Counted from the first letter of the stretch, positions 12,773 to 24,877 are shown. The stretch is DNA of 64,000 bases from Steroidobacteraceae bacterium (GCA_041485725.1 JBGPKC010000001.1:12408-76407), one strand, 5' to 3'. Numbers and translations are program-made. Notes: generated from the sequence alone by a model not told the origin.

Positions 12773-14212
12773 TCAACCACCGAGCTTGGTGCGCAGCAGC
12801 TCGTTCAGCTGTGCCGGGTTGGCCTTGCCAGCGGTCGCCTTCATGACCTGGCCCACGAAAAATCCGAACAGCTTGTCCTTGCCCGCACGGTACTCGGCGA
12901 GCTGAGCGGGATTGCGGGCCATCACCTCATCGATCACGCGTTCGATGGCGGCGGTGTCGGTGATCTGCCGCAGACCCTGCGCGTCGATCACCGCATCGGC
13001 ACTCGCACTGCCCGACCACATGGTCTCGAACACCTCTTTGGCGATCTTGCCGGAAATGGTCTGGTCGCAGATGCGTCTCAGCAGCCCCGCCAGGCGCGCC
13101 GGCGGGAGCTTGCCGGAGCCGACCTCGAGGTTCTCCTTGTTCAGGGCCGCGGCGAGCTCTCCCATGACCCAGTTCGCCGCCAGCTTGGGTTCCTGCGGCA
13201 GCTCGCGCACCACCTCTTCGTAGTAGGCGGCGAGCTCGCGGCTGGCAGTGAGCACGCCCGCATCGTAAGCCGACAGTCCGTACTGTGAGACAAAGCGCGC
13301 GGCCTTCTGGTCCGGCAGCTCCGGCAGAGTGGCGCGCACCGAGGCGATGAGCGCCTCGTCGAGCACCACCGGCAACAGGTCCGGGTCGGGGAAGTAACGG
13401 TAGTCGTTCGCTTCCTCCTTGGAGCGCATGGCGCGCGTTTCGCCCCTGTCGGGATCGTACAGGCGCGTCTCCTGCACCACCTGGCCGCCGGACTCGAGGA
13501 TATCGATCTGGCGCAGAACCTCGTAGTTGATGGCGCGCTCGACGAAGCGGAACGAATTGAGGTTCTTGATCTCCGCGCGTGTGCCGAACTTGTGCGCGCC
13601 GGCCGGGCGCACTGAAACGTTGGCGTCGCAGCGGAACGAGCCTTCCTGCATGTTGCCGTCGCAGATCTCGAGGTAGCGCACCAGGGTGTGCACCTTCTTC
13701 ATGTAAGCGACCGCTTCCTTCGCCGAGCGCAGGTGCGGCTCGGAGACGATTTCCACCAGCGGAGTGCCGGCGCGGTTCAGGTCGATGCCGGTCACCCCCG
13801 GCAGGCCCTCATGCAGTGACTTGCCGGCGTCCTCCTCGAGGTGCGCGCGGGTGATGCCGATGCGCTTGACCTGGCCGTCATCGAGCACGATGTCGAGCGC
13901 CCCCTCGGCCACGATCGGCAGCTCGTACTGACTGATCTGATAGCCTTTCGGCAAATCCGGGTAGAAGTAATTCTTGCGCGCGAATACCGATTGCGCGGCG
14001 ATGCGCGCGTTGATCGCCAGGCCCAGCTTGACGGCCATGCGCACCGCTTCCGAGTTCAGCACCGGCAGTACACCCGGGTACCCGAGGTCCACCAGGTTCG
14101 CCTGCGCGTTGGGCGGGGCGCCGTACGCGGTGGCGGAGCCGGAGAAGATCTTCGAGCGGGTGGCGAGCTGGGCGTGAATCTCCAGCCCGATCACCGTTTC
14201 CCACGCGCTCAT
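12773..14212 (-). CDS. gatB: Asp-tRNA(Asn)/Glu-tRNA(Gln) amidotransferase subunit B
   Basis: Trimmed to [16 protein letters not shown]. Contains CDANVSVRP and NWVMGEL. It overlaps the gatA stop by 4 nt. Confidence 0.95.
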   Translation of the reverse strand: MSAWETVIGLEIHAQLATRSKIFSGSATAYGAPPNAQANLVDLGYPGVLPVLNSEAVRMAVKLGLAINARIAAQSVFARKNYFYPDLPKGYQISQYELPIVAEGALDIVLDDGQVKRIGITRAHLEEDAGKSLHEGLPGVTGIDLNRAGTPLVEIVSEPHLRSAKEAVAYMKKVHTLVRYLEICDGNMQEGSFRCDANVSVRPAGAHKFGTRAEIKNLNSFRFVERAINYEVLRQIDILESGGQVVQETRLYDPDRGETRAMRSKEEANDYRYFPDPDLLPVVLDEALIASVRATLPELPDQKAARFVSQYGLSAYDAGVLTASRELAAYYEEVVRELPQEPKLAANWVMGELAAALNKENLEVGSGKLPPARLAGLLRRICDQTISGKIAKEVFETMWSGSASADAVIDAQGLRQITDTAAIERVIDEVMARNPAQLAEYRAGKDKLFGFFVGQVMKATAGKANPAQLNELLRTKLGG

Positions 14213-15672
14213 GCGTAGCCCTGCGGCACGCGCGTATGCCAGTCGGTGGCGCGCTGAAACGCATGCGCCGCGCTCAGCACCCGCGCTTCGCTGAAGTGCG
14301 GGCCCACGATCTGCAGGCCCACCGGCAGATTCTGCACGAAGCCGCACGGAATCGACACCGCCGGCAGTCCCGCAAGATTCGCGCCGATGGTGTAGATGTC
14401 GTTCAGGTACATGGTAATGGGGTCGGAGGTCTTGGCGCCGATCGCAAAGGCGGGCGTCGGAGTCGTCGGTCCCATGAGCACGTCCACGCCGCCGAAGGCG
14501 CGCGTGAAGTCAGCGTTGATGAGCTGCCGCACGCGCTGCGCCTTCAGGTAATAGGCATCGTAGTATCCGGCCGACAGGACGTAGGTGCCGGTCATGATGC
14601 GCCGCTTCACCTCCGCCCCGAAACCCTCGCCGCGCGAGCGGCGATACAGATCCGTGAGATCGCGCGGATTTTTGCAGCGGTACCCGAAGCGCACGCCGTC
14701 GAAGCGCGCCAGATTCGACGAGCATTCCGCCGGCGCCACCACGTAGTACACCGGCACCGAGAGCGGCAGGTGCGGCAGACTCACCTCGGTGAGCCGCGCG
14801 CCGAGCTGCTGGTAGAGCTTGAGTGCCTCGCGCACCCGCTGCTCGTTGTGCGCATCCAGTCCCTTGTCGAAAAACTCCCTGAGAAGTCCCACCTTCAGGC
14901 CCGCGAGCGGCTGCTCGAGGGCGGCGACGTAGTCGGGCACCGGCGTGTCGACGCTGGTGGAATCGTTGGCATCGAACCCGGCCATCTCACGCAGCATGAG
15001 CGCGGCGTCTGCGGCGCTGGCCGTGAGCACGCCGCCCTGGTCGAGACTCGAGGCGAACGCGATCATGCCGTAGCGCGACACGCGCCCGTAGGTGGGCTTG
15101 AGCCCAGTGATGCCGCACAGGGCCGCGGGCTGGCGGATCGAGCCGCCGGTGTCGGTCGCGGTCGCAGCCGGGACGAGGCGCGCGGCGACCGCGGCGGCGG
15201 AGCCGCCCGAGGAGCCGCCGGGCACGAGCTGCGGGTTCCAGGGATTGCGCACCGGTCCGTAATAGCTGGTCTCGCTGGAGGAGCCCATCGCGAACTCGTC
15301 CATGTTGGTCTTGCCCAGCATGATCGCGCCGGCGCCCTTGAGTCTCGCCACCACGGTGGCGTCGTAGGGCGAGACGAAGTTATCCAGCATGCGCGAACCG
15401 CAGGTGGTGCGTACACCCTGGGTGCAGAAAATGTCCTTGTGGGCGATCGGCACGCCCGTCAGGGCACCGCCGGCGCCGGCGGCGAGTGCCCGATCCGCGG
15501 CCGCAGCATCCGCGAGCGCCTGCTCGCGTGTCACCGAGATGAAGGCATTGAGCGCGGCCTGGCTCGCATCGATCCTGTCCAGGTACGCGCGCACCAGTTC
15601 CACACTCGAGAACTTCCTCGCCCGCAGGCCCGCGGCCAGCTGTGTCAGCGTGCTGGTGTGCCAATCGCTCAC
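14209..15672 (-). CDS. gatA: Asp-tRNA(Asn)/Glu-tRNA(Gln) amidotransferase subunit A
   Basis: Shows the amidase signature [13 protein letters not shown] and [10 protein letters not shown]. The GTG start at 15672 ([16 protein letters not shown]) lies 7 nt after the gatC stop. Confidence 0.93.
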   Translation of the reverse strand: MSDWHTSTLTQLAAGLRARKFSSVELVRAYLDRIDASQAALNAFISVTREQALADAAAADRALAAGAGGALTGVPIAHKDIFCTQGVRTTCGSRMLDNFVSPYDATVVARLKGAGAIMLGKTNMDEFAMGSSSETSYYGPVRNPWNPQLVPGGSSGGSAAAVAARLVPAATATDTGGSIRQPAALCGITGLKPTYGRVSRYGMIAFASSLDQGGVLTASAADAALMLREMAGFDANDSTSVDTPVPDYVAALEQPLAGLKVGLLREFFDKGLDAHNEQRVREALKLYQQLGARLTEVSLPHLPLSVPVYYVVAPAECSSNLARFDGVRFGYRCKNPRDLTDLYRRSRGEGFGAEVKRRIMTGTYVLSAGYYDAYYLKAQRVRQLINADFTRAFGGVDVLMGPTTPTPAFAIGAKTSDPITMYLNDIYTIGANLAGLPAVSIPCGFVQNLPVGLQIVGPHFSEARVLSAAHAFQRATDWHTRVPQGYA

Positions 15673-15679
15673 GCGTGCC

Positions 15680-15970
15680 TCACTCGATGACCTTGGGCAC
15701 GAGGTACAGGCCGGCGGCGACCTGGGGCGCATTGGCCTGATACAGCTCGTGGCGGTCCTGCTCGGTCACCACGTCCGGCCGCAGGCGCTGCGACAGGCCG
15801 GGAAGCGGATGCGACATCGGAGCGACGCCGATCGTGTCGGCGCGATCCAGGGCGCCGACGAACTCAAGAATCCGTGACAGGCTGTCCTGGTACACCGGGA
15901 TCTCGGATGAGCTGAGGTCGAGCCGCGCCAGGGCGGCGATGCTTGCGATCTGCTCGCGTGTGAGGGCCAT
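15680..15970 (-). CDS. gatC: Asp-tRNA(Asn)/Glu-tRNA(Gln) amidotransferase subunit C
   Basis: Trimmed to [19 protein letters not shown]. It has the typical length of about 96 aa and sits upstream of gatA and gatB. Confidence 0.9.
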   Translation of the reverse strand: MALTREQIASIAALARLDLSSSEIPVYQDSLSRILEFVGALDRADTIGVAPMSHPLPGLSQRLRPDVVTEQDRHELYQANAPQVAAGLYLVPKVIE

Positions 15971-16056
15971 GGGAGGTTCGCGGCGCGTGTGGCGAAGTGA
16001 GAAAACCAGCGCAAAATCATACATGTTGCCTTGCTCAATGTCCTCTCGGTTGCTAG

Positions 16057-17148
<1,092 letters not shown>

Positions 17149-17170
17149 CGCAAGGAACGCGCGAGCCTGA

Positions 17171-18310
17171 GTGGCCGCCTTCGGGACAGCAGCCGGCAGA
17201 CCGCTGGGGCGGGGCGGCTCTCCCGGCTTTCGCTTTACGCTGTATGCCGCGCTGGCCGTCGTGGTCATGTACCTCGATCAGCGCCAGCACTACCTCGAGC
17301 AGCTGCGCTACGTGCTGCAGGCCGCCGCCTACCCCATGCAGCTCGCGGTGAACTCCCCGCCCGCCGCCTGGCAGTGGATCAGGCGCAGCTTCGAGAGCCG
17401 CGAGCAGCTGCAGGCTGAGAATGCACGCCTGCGCGCCGGGCAGCGCGACCTCGAGTTGCGCTCCATGCGTTACGAGGCCCTGGCGCACGAGAACGGCGAG
17501 CTGCGCGGACTGCGTGCGGCCCTGCCACCGGTCGCCGACCGCTGGCTGGCGGCGGAGATCGTCAACGTCCAGCTGAGCAGCCTCAGGCAGCGCCTCCTCA
17601 TCGACCGCGGGGCAGTCAACGGGGTTTTCAAGGCACAGGCGGTGCTCGATGATCGCGGACTGATCGGCCAGACGACGCACGTGGGCCCCTGGAGCGCGGA
17701 AGTCATCCTGATCACCGACCCGGAGCACGCGGTTCCGGTGCGCATCGAGCGCACGGGTCTGCGCACCATCGCCGTCGGTGCTGGCGACGCCAGTTCACTC
17801 GCGCTGCCGTACCTGCCGGCCAATGCAGACATCAAGAGCGGTGATCTGCTGGTCACCTCGGGCCTCGGCGGTGTGTTTCCGCAAGGCTATCCGGTGGCGC
17901 GCGTCACCGAGGTGCACCGCGACGCGGTGCAGCCGCTGGCCCACGTGCGGGCTGCGCCGCTGGCGCACATCGACACCGACAGCGAGGTCATGCTGGTATG
18001 GTTCCGCGCGGACCACCCGGCGGCGCCCACGCCCACAGCCGATTCCCTGGGGGAGCTGAGGAGCGGCACCCCCTCCATGCAACCGCAGGCCGCGCCACCG
18101 CGACCGCAAGTCGCAGCGCCGGGGCCGCCGGCTGCCGCGCCGCAACCCGCCGCGCCGCGACCGCAGTCGGCGGGGCCGCGAAAGCAACCTGCCGAACCGA
18201 AGGCTGCCGCGCCGCAGCCCGCCACGCCGGAGCCCGCCACGCCGGAGCCCACCACGCCGGAGCCCGCCACGCCGCAGCCGGACGCATCGCAGCCCAAGGA
18301 GGGTCAGTGA
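17171..18310 (+). CDS. mreC: rod shape-determining protein MreC with a long Pro-rich C-terminal tail
   Basis: GTG start, N-terminal TM segment, a coiled region (LQAENARLRA) and the core GDLLVTSGLGGVFPQGYPVARV. It lies between mreB and mreD. Confidence 0.92.
   Translation: MAAFGTAAGRPLGRGGSPGFRFTLYAALAVVVMYLDQRQHYLEQLRYVLQAAAYPMQLAVNSPPAAWQWIRRSFESREQLQAENARLRAGQRDLELRSMRYEALAHENGELRGLRAALPPVADRWLAAEIVNVQLSSLRQRLLIDRGAVNGVFKAQAVLDDRGLIGQTTHVGPWSAEVILITDPEHAVPVRIERTGLRTIAVGAGDASSLALPYLPANADIKSGDLLVTSGLGGVFPQGYPVARVTEVHRDAVQPLAHVRAAPLAHIDTDSEVMLVWFRADHPAAPTPTADSLGELRSGTPSMQPQAAPPRPQVAAPGPPAAAPQPAAPRPQSAGPRKQPAEPKAAAPQPATPEPATPEPTTPEPATPQPDASQPKEGQ
18216..18275 (+). repeat. four tandem 15-bp units inside the mreC 3' end, encoding (P-A/T-T-P-E/Q)x4
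   Basis: AGCCCGCCACGCCGG at 18216, 18231, 18246 (one G>A) and 18261 (last base C). Confidence 0.85.
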
Positions 18311-18780
18311 ACGCGCCAGGCCGCGGCCGCATACTGTTCACGGCGCTCGTGGCACTCGTGCTCACCGTGCTGCCGCTGCCGCCATGGCTCGACGTCCTGC
18401 GGCCGGTGTTCCTGGTGCTCGCGGTCCTGTACTGGTCGGTGAACGCCCCGCGCACCGGCGACATCGCCCTGGGGTTCTTCGCCGGCCTCGCGCTCGATGT
18501 CTTTCAGGGACCGGTGCTGGGGCAGCACGCGCTGGCGCTGACGCTCGTCACCTACATCGGCGTGCGCGAGCACCAGCGCATCCGCTCCAAGCCCGCGTTC
18601 CAGCAGGCGCTGTTCGTGTTCGGCGCGCTCGCTGTTTACGAGTTCGTGCTGTTCGCGATCGACGGCTGGAGCGGCCACCCGGTCACGAGCCCGCTGCGCT
18701 GGGTCCACGTCGTGACCGGTGCACTGCTCTGGCCGCCCGTTGCCGCCATACTGGGCCACGGCTCGCGCGGGCACGCGTGA
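18307..18780 (+). CDS. mreD: rod shape-determining protein MreD
   Basis: The GTG at 18307 overlaps the mreC TGA. The product is a 157-aa polytopic membrane protein (VLTVLPLPPWL..., ALTLVTYIG) in the canonical position. Confidence 0.85.
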   Translation: MNAPGRGRILFTALVALVLTVLPLPPWLDVLRPVFLVLAVLYWSVNAPRTGDIALGFFAGLALDVFQGPVLGQHALALTLVTYIGVREHQRIRSKPAFQQALFVFGALAVYEFVLFAIDGWSGHPVTSPLRWVHVVTGALLWPPVAAILGHGSRGHA

Positions 18781-18802
18781 ACGGAACTGACGGGTCCTAG
18801 CC

Positions 18803-20695
18803 ATGCCGGCGGTGCGCATCAAGGATCACTGGCGGGAACAGCGCCTCTTCGATCAGCGCTCGCTCACCTGCGCCGCGATCATGGCAGTGGCGACCGTCGG
18901 CCTGATCGTGCGTCTGTTCGTGCTGCAGGTGTCGCGTCACGAGTACTACGCGGATCTCTCCCAGGGCAACCGGGTACGCAACGAGCCGATCCCGGCGGCG
19001 CGCGGGCTGATCCTCGACCGCCATGGCGAGGTGATCGCGGGCAACCAGCCCGCCTACCAGCTGGAACTGGTGCCCGAAGAAGTGCCGGACATGCATCAGA
19101 CCCTCAAGCGCCTGGTGCAGTTCGATCTCGTCCGTGCCGAGGACGTCGATGAGCTCGAGCGCACCATCGACTCGAGCCGCAGGTTCGACAGCGTGCCGAT
19201 CCGCCTGCGCATGTCGGACGAGGACGTCGCGCGTTTCGCCGTGCGGCGCTTCGAGTTTCCGGGCCTGGATATCAAGACACGCCAGACCCGCTGGTACCCG
19301 AACGCCGAGCTGGCGGTGCACGCGCTCGGCTACGTGGGCGCCATCAGCGAGCAGGATCTGAAGCACATCGACCGCGCCGCCTACGCCGGCACGTCCCTCA
19401 TCGGCAAGCTCGGTGTCGAGAGTGCCTACGAGCACGAGCTGCATGGCAGCAACGGCTTTCGCGAGGTTCTCGTCAACGCCTCGGGACGCTCGGTGGAGCG
19501 CCAGGGTGCTTTCGTCCCCAACCTGCGCACCAAGGCACCGGGAGCGGGCGAGGATCTGCTGCTGTCGATCGACCTCAAGGTGCAGCGCACCGCCGAGGCG
19601 GCGCTCGCCGGGCATCGCGGTGCGGTGGTGGCGCTCGATCCGAACAACGGCGACGTGATCGCGCTCGTCAGCCTGCCGGGCTTCGATCCGACGATGTTCG
19701 GCCGCGGCATCACCGCGAGCGAGTACGGCGTCCTGCAAAGCGACATCGACCATCCGCTGTTCAACCGCGCGCTGCGCGGCACCTATCCGCCGGGCTCGAC
19801 CGTGAAGCCGGTGATCGCGCTCGCCGGACTCACCTATCACGTGGTGGATCCGCAGGCGCACCGCTACTGCGCCGGCGCCTTCCACCTGCCCGGCAGCTCA
19901 CACGTGTTCCACGAATACCACAACGAGCACCATGGCTCCGTCGATCTCGATGATGCCATCGCGCGCTCCTGCGACATCTACTTCTACGGCCTGGCCGATG
20001 TGCTGGGCGTGGATCGGATCGCCACGTTCATGGCGCCGTTCGGCTTCGGCAGCGGGACCGGTATCGACATCGGCGGGGAGAAGCCCGGCATCCTGCCCTC
20101 GCGCCAATGGAAGGCGAAAGCCTTCTCGCGGCCCGCCGACCAGGTGTGGTTCCCGGGCGAGACCGTGAACTTCGGCATCGGCCAGGGTTATCTTACGGTG
20201 ACGCCGCTGCAGCTGGCGCACTACGCCAGCATCATCGCCACCCGCGGCAAGATCTGGAAACCACGCCTGGTCGCGGCCTACCGCGATCCGCGCAGCGGAC
20301 AGATCCGTCGGGTCCCGGCGGTGTCCGAGGGCGAGGTGACGGGCATCGCACCCGAAGACTGGCAGCGCGTGGTCCACGGCATGATCGGCGTCACCACGCG
20401 CGGCACGGCGGCCGCGATCGGCGCGCATGCTGCCTATACCTTTGCCGGCAAGACCGGCACCGCGCAGGTGTTCTCGGTCGCACAGAACGAGAAATACAAC
20501 GCCAAGCTGATCAGCGAGCGCCTGCGCGATCATTCCTGGTTCATCGCCTTCGCGCCCGCCGATGAGCCGCGCATCGCACTGGCGGTGCTGCAGGAGAACG
20601 GCGGCGCGGGCGCGAGCGCCGCGGCGCCCATCGCCCGCAAGGTGCTGGACGCCTACCTGCTCGGCGCAGACGGGAAGCTCAAGCCGCAGACATGA
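18803..20695 (+). CDS. mrdA: penicillin-binding protein 2 (elongasome transpeptidase)
   Basis: Has the active-site motifs STVKP and KTGTA, an N-terminal TM segment and a PBP dimerisation region. Confidence 0.95.
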   Translation: MPAVRIKDHWREQRLFDQRSLTCAAIMAVATVGLIVRLFVLQVSRHEYYADLSQGNRVRNEPIPAARGLILDRHGEVIAGNQPAYQLELVPEEVPDMHQTLKRLVQFDLVRAEDVDELERTIDSSRRFDSVPIRLRMSDEDVARFAVRRFEFPGLDIKTRQTRWYPNAELAVHALGYVGAISEQDLKHIDRAAYAGTSLIGKLGVESAYEHELHGSNGFREVLVNASGRSVERQGAFVPNLRTKAPGAGEDLLLSIDLKVQRTAEAALAGHRGAVVALDPNNGDVIALVSLPGFDPTMFGRGITASEYGVLQSDIDHPLFNRALRGTYPPGSTVKPVIALAGLTYHVVDPQAHRYCAGAFHLPGSSHVFHEYHNEHHGSVDLDDAIARSCDIYFYGLADVLGVDRIATFMAPFGFGSGTGIDIGGEKPGILPSRQWKAKAFSRPADQVWFPGETVNFGIGQGYLTVTPLQLAHYASIIATRGKIWKPRLVAAYRDPRSGQIRRVPAVSEGEVTGIAPEDWQRVVHGMIGVTTRGTAAAIGAHAAYTFAGKTGTAQVFSVAQNEKYNAKLISERLRDHSWFIAFAPADEPRIALAVLQENGGAGASAAAPIARKVLDAYLLGADGKLKPQT

Positions 20696-21831
20696 TGTAC
20701 GGGGAAGTCACCTCCGGCTCACGCACGCGCCGTACACTCACGGGCGCTGCGAGTGTGCTGTTCGAGCTGAAGATCGACGGTCCGCTGGTGGTGGGACTCG
20801 CGCTCATCGCCGCGTTCGGGCTCGTCGTGCTGTACAGCGCCTCCGGCCAGAGCACGGCCACGGTGGTGCGCACCGCGCTGCGGCTGCTGCTTGGCGCCAT
20901 CGCCATGCTGTTGCTGGCGCGCGTGAACCCGAACTTCCTGCGCCGCAGCACGCCGTGGATGTACGCGCTCGGGTGCCTGCTGCTGCTCATCGTCGTCGCG
21001 ATCGGCCACGTCGGTATGGGCGCGCAGCGCTGGCTGAATTTAGGCCTGTTCCGCTTCCAGCCGTCGGAGCTGATGAAGCTCGCAGTACCGATGATGTGCG
21101 CCTGGTACCTGCACGAGCGGCCGCTGCCGCCGGGCTGGACATCGCTGGGACTGCTCAGCGTGCTGATCGCGGTGCCCGTGGGGCTGGTGGCCATCCAGCC
21201 CGACCTGGGCACCGCCGCGCTCATCGCGATCGCCGGCGCGCTGGTCATCATCCTCGCCGGCCTGCGCGCGCGCGTGATGGTGGCGTTGCTGGGGCTCGCC
21301 GCCCTGGGGGCCTGGTTCGGCTGGAGCTTCATGCACGACTACCAGCGCAAGCGCGTGCTCATGTTGCTCAACCCGCAGGCCGATCCACTCGGCGCCGGCT
21401 ACCACATCATCCAGTCGCAGATCGCGATCGGCTCCGGCGGCGTGTTCGGCAAGGGCTGGATGAACGGCAGCCAGGCACAGCTCGAATTCCTCCCCGAGCG
21501 CTCCACCGACTTCATCTTCGCCGTCATCGGCGAGGAGTTCGGCCTCCTCGGCCTGCTGCTGCTGCTCATGCTGTACGTGTTCGTCGTCGGCCGCGCCATC
21601 TATCTCGCCACCCAGACCCAGGACACCTTCGCGCGTCTGCTGGCCGGCAGTCTCGCGCTCACCTTCTTCGTGTACGTGTTCATCAACGCGGGTATGGTCA
21701 CGGGACTGCTGCCGGTGGTCGGCGTGCCGCTGCCGCTGGTGAGCTATGGAGGCAGCTCGGTCGTGACGCTCCTCGCCGGCTTCGGTATTCTCATGGCGCT
21801 GTATTCACGGCGCAAACTCATCGGGTCGTAG
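20692..21831 (+). CDS. rodA: SEDS-family peptidoglycan glycosyltransferase RodA
   Basis: Contains FQPSELMKLA, QSQIAIGSGGVFGKGW and LPVVGVPLPLVSYGGSS. The ATGA overlaps mrdA. Confidence 0.95.
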   Translation: MMYGEVTSGSRTRRTLTGAASVLFELKIDGPLVVGLALIAAFGLVVLYSASGQSTATVVRTALRLLLGAIAMLLLARVNPNFLRRSTPWMYALGCLLLLIVVAIGHVGMGAQRWLNLGLFRFQPSELMKLAVPMMCAWYLHERPLPPGWTSLGLLSVLIAVPVGLVAIQPDLGTAALIAIAGALVIILAGLRARVMVALLGLAALGAWFGWSFMHDYQRKRVLMLLNPQADPLGAGYHIIQSQIAIGSGGVFGKGWMNGSQAQLEFLPERSTDFIFAVIGEEFGLLGLLLLLMLYVFVVGRAIYLATQTQDTFARLLAGSLALTFFVYVFINAGMVTGLLPVVGVPLPLVSYGGSSVVTLLAGFGILMALYSRRKLIGS

Positions 21832-21839
21832 TCGAACAC

Positions 21840-22856
21840 GTGGCGTTGAACAAGTGCCGTTACTCCCTGCTCGCCGCGCTCGCATGCGCGCCGGCGGGCG
21901 CGCAGCCGGCCGCCGCGGCCGCGGCCGGCTTCGATCTGCAGCGCCCCGAGATCGTGGAATTCGTCAACGAGGTGGTGAGCCGCGACGGCCTCAACCGCAA
22001 GGACGTGCGCGCCCTGCTGAAGGAAGCGCAACCGCAGCCAAAAATCATCGAGACGATGAACCGCCCCATCGAGAAAGTGGCACCGTGGTGGGAATACCGC
22101 GATCACTTTCTGACCGCCGAGCGCATCAGCGAGGGCACGAGCTTCTGGCTCGATCACAAGAACACGCTCGAGCAGATCTCCGCCCAGTATCAGGTGCCGT
22201 GCGAATACCTGGTGGCGATTCTCGGCGTCGAGACCCGCTACGGGCGCCAGACCGGTCGCTACCGCGTGCTGGATGCCCTCGCCACGCTGGCGTTCGATTA
22301 CCCGCCGCGCCACAGCTACTTCCGCGAGGAGCTCAAGCAGTTCCTGCTGCTGGCGAAGGAGCACCAGCTCGACCCGCTCTCCGCCACCGGCTCCTATGCC
22401 GGCGCGATGGGCGCGCCGCAGTTCATGCCCTCCTCCTACCGGCGCTACGCGGTGGCTGCCCACACCGACCGGCGGCGTGATCTGTGGGGTGACTGGGACG
22501 ACATCCTGGCGAGCGTGGCGAACTACCTGCACGAGTACGGCTGGACGGCGGGCGGGCCGGTGCTGTCGGAGACCCGGCTCGAGCCCGATCCGAGCTTCCA
22601 GATCGAGCCGCACAATCTCGAGCTCAACCAGACCGTCGAGAGCCTCGCCACGCACGGCGTGAAGGTCGAGATGAGCGTGCCGGCCGATACGCCCGTGGTG
22701 CTGATCTCCGCCGAGCAGCGCGATGGTCCGGCCTACCGGGTCGGGTTTCATAATTTCTACGTGATCACCCGCTACAACGCCAGCGCCCGCTACGCCATGG
22801 CGGTGTACGAGCTGGCCCAGGCCGTCGCGCAGCGCGTGCACGACGCCGCGCCGTGA
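21840..22856 (+). CDS. mltB: lytic murein transglycosylase B
   Basis: This is the C-terminal 338 codons of ORF 20562..22856, with a GTG start at 21840. Motifs are ILGVETRYG, GSYAGAMGAPQFMPSSY and NFYVITRYN. Confidence 0.88.
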   Translation: MALNKCRYSLLAALACAPAGAQPAAAAAAGFDLQRPEIVEFVNEVVSRDGLNRKDVRALLKEAQPQPKIIETMNRPIEKVAPWWEYRDHFLTAERISEGTSFWLDHKNTLEQISAQYQVPCEYLVAILGVETRYGRQTGRYRVLDALATLAFDYPPRHSYFREELKQFLLLAKEHQLDPLSATGSYAGAMGAPQFMPSSYRRYAVAAHTDRRRDLWGDWDDILASVANYLHEYGWTAGGPVLSETRLEPDPSFQIEPHNLELNQTVESLATHGVKVEMSVPADTPVVLISAEQRDGPAYRVGFHNFYVITRYNASARYAMAVYELAQAVAQRVHDAAP

Positions 22857-23695
22857 GGGCCGCGCGCCGCGCAGCCGCGCCGCTCGCAGCGCTGAGCGCG
22901 GCCGCGCTGTGCGTGCTGCCGGCAGCGTGCTCGACGCTCACGCGCCGTGCGCCGGCGGAACGCGCGCCCCTGCCGGCACCAGCGCCGGCACCCGTGCCGC
23001 CGCCGCCGGCCGGCATCGAATCGATTCCCGATGCCGTACCGCGCGCCGAGCCGCGCAGCGCCCACGGCAATCCGCCGTTCTACGACGTGTTGGGCCGGCG
23101 TTACTTCGTGCTGGGCGCCGCCGACGGCTACCTGGAACGCGGGGTGGCGTCCTGGTACGGCCCGACCTTCCATGGCGGCAACACCTCGAGCGGTGAGCTT
23201 TACGACATGTACGGCATGAGCGCGGCTCACAAGACCCTGCCGCTGCCGACCTATGCGCGCGTCACCAATCTTCGCAACGGCAGGAGCGTCGTAGTGCGCA
23301 TCAACGACCGTGGCCCGTTCGTCGCCAACCGCCTCATCGATCTGTCTTACACGGCGGCCACCAAGCTCGACATGGTCCGCGAGGGCACCACGCTGGTGGA
23401 GGTGCGGGCGCTGACGCCGGGCGCGGCCGATGACCTGACGCGCAGCGCGCAGTCACCGCCACCCTCGCTGTATGTGCAGGCGGGCGCATTCGCCGATGCA
23501 CACAACGCGCAGCACCAGCTCGAGCGGTTGCACGCCGCCGGACTCGCCAGCGCCTTCATCGTGTCGCCCCTGGAAGGCAAATCACGCCTGTACCGAGTGC
23601 GCCTGGGGCCCGTGACCAGCGTAGCGGAATTCGATCAGCTCGCCGCCCGGCTCGCAGCGCTCGGGATCCGCGACGCCCGGCTGGCCGTCGACTGA
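22853..23695 (+). CDS. rlpA: septal ring lytic transglycosylase RlpA (lipoprotein with a C-terminal SPOR domain)
   Basis: Has the lipobox LPAAC, the DPBB domain (GVASWYGPTFHGGNTSSGE...RINDRGPF) and a SPOR-like tail (LYVQAGAF...YRVRLGP). Confidence 0.92.
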   Translation: MRAARRAAAPLAALSAAALCVLPAACSTLTRRAPAERAPLPAPAPAPVPPPPAGIESIPDAVPRAEPRSAHGNPPFYDVLGRRYFVLGAADGYLERGVASWYGPTFHGGNTSSGELYDMYGMSAAHKTLPLPTYARVTNLRNGRSVVVRINDRGPFVANRLIDLSYTAATKLDMVREGTTLVEVRALTPGAADDLTRSAQSPPPSLYVQAGAFADAHNAQHQLERLHAAGLASAFIVSPLEGKSRLYRVRLGPVTSVAEFDQLAARLAALGIRDARLAVD

Positions 23696-23708
23696 TAAGA
23701 TCGCACCC

Positions 23709-24842
23709 GTGGTCCGCTCATTGTTCACCGTCGCGCTCGCCTGGGTCGCGGCCGCGCATGCCGCGGCCCCGATACCCAAGGCCCCCGAGGTCAATGCGCG
23801 CTCTTACCTGCTGGTCGATCACTTCAGCGGCCGGGTGCTGGCGCAGGATCACGCCGACGAGCGCGCCGAACCCGCCAGCCTCACCAAGCTCATGACCGCG
23901 TATGTGGTCTTCAAGGCGCTCGCGGAAGGCAGGCTGAAGCTCACCGACATGGTCACCATCAGCGAGCACGCCTGGCGTACCGGAGGTTCGCGCAGTTTCG
24001 TGCAGGTCGGTACGCAGATCCCGGTGGACATTCTCATCAAGGGCATGATCGTACAGTCGGGGAACGACGCCAGCATCGCGCTCGCGGAGAAAGTCGGCGG
24101 CACGGAACCGGCGTTCGCGCAGATGATGAACGAGTACGCGCGCCGCCTGGGCATGAAATCGAGCAACTTCGAGGACAGCGACGGCATGCCCGCGCCGAAT
24201 CACTACACCACGGCACGCGACACGGCGACGCTGGCCAACGCCCTGATCCGCGAGTTTCCGCAGTTCTATCCGCTGTTCGGCCTGCGGGAATTCATGTGGA
24301 ACAACATCCGCCAGGACAACCGCAACGGCCTGCTGGGCAAGGACCCATCGGTCGACGGTCTGAAGACCGGGCACACCGACAGCGCCGGCTACTGCCTCGC
24401 GACTTCCGCCAACCGCAACGGCATGCGGCTGGTGTCGGTGGTCATGGGTGCCCCCAGCGTCAAGGCGCGCGAGGACGCCAGCGCCGCACTGCTGAACTAC
24501 GGCTACACTTTTTTCGAGACCATCCGCGTCAAGGCGGCGCGCGAGACGGTGCTGAAACCGCGCGTATACAAGTCGGCGGGCGAGTTTGCCTCGATCGGCG
24601 TGCCGTACGATGTCTACGCGACCGTGGGCCGCGGCCAGGGCGCTGCTGTGCGCACCAGTGCGCGCCTGAGCGGCGAGCCGCTGATCGCGCCGCTCGCGGC
24701 CGGCAAGCCCGTGGGCGAGCTGAGCGTAGCGGATGCCACGGGCGAGGTGATCGCGCGCGCGCCGCTCACGCCGCTCGCGCCGGTGCTCGAGGGCGGGCTG
24801 TGGACGCGCACCGTGGACAGCGTGGCACTGTGGTTCCATTGA
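23709..24842 (+). CDS. dacC: D-alanyl-D-alanine carboxypeptidase (PBP5/6 class)
   Basis: Signal peptide present. Carries the motifs SLTKLMT, SGND and KTGHT. Confidence 0.9.
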   Translation: MVRSLFTVALAWVAAAHAAAPIPKAPEVNARSYLLVDHFSGRVLAQDHADERAEPASLTKLMTAYVVFKALAEGRLKLTDMVTISEHAWRTGGSRSFVQVGTQIPVDILIKGMIVQSGNDASIALAEKVGGTEPAFAQMMNEYARRLGMKSSNFEDSDGMPAPNHYTTARDTATLANALIREFPQFYPLFGLREFMWNNIRQDNRNGLLGKDPSVDGLKTGHTDSAGYCLATSANRNGMRLVSVVMGAPSVKAREDASAALLNYGYTFFETIRVKAARETVLKPRVYKSAGEFASIGVPYDVYATVGRGQGAAVRTSARLSGEPLIAPLAAGKPVGELSVADATGEVIARAPLTPLAPVLEGGLWTRTVDSVALWFH

Positions 24843-24877
24843 GCCCTCGAGCGCGGTAAGCGCCAGGCAAGCGAAGC

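Noticed and set aside
20562-21839. N-terminal part of the 764-aa ORF that ends as mltB
   Set aside because: It overlaps rodA in another frame with a low-complexity translation. MltB similarity starts near the GTG at 21840.
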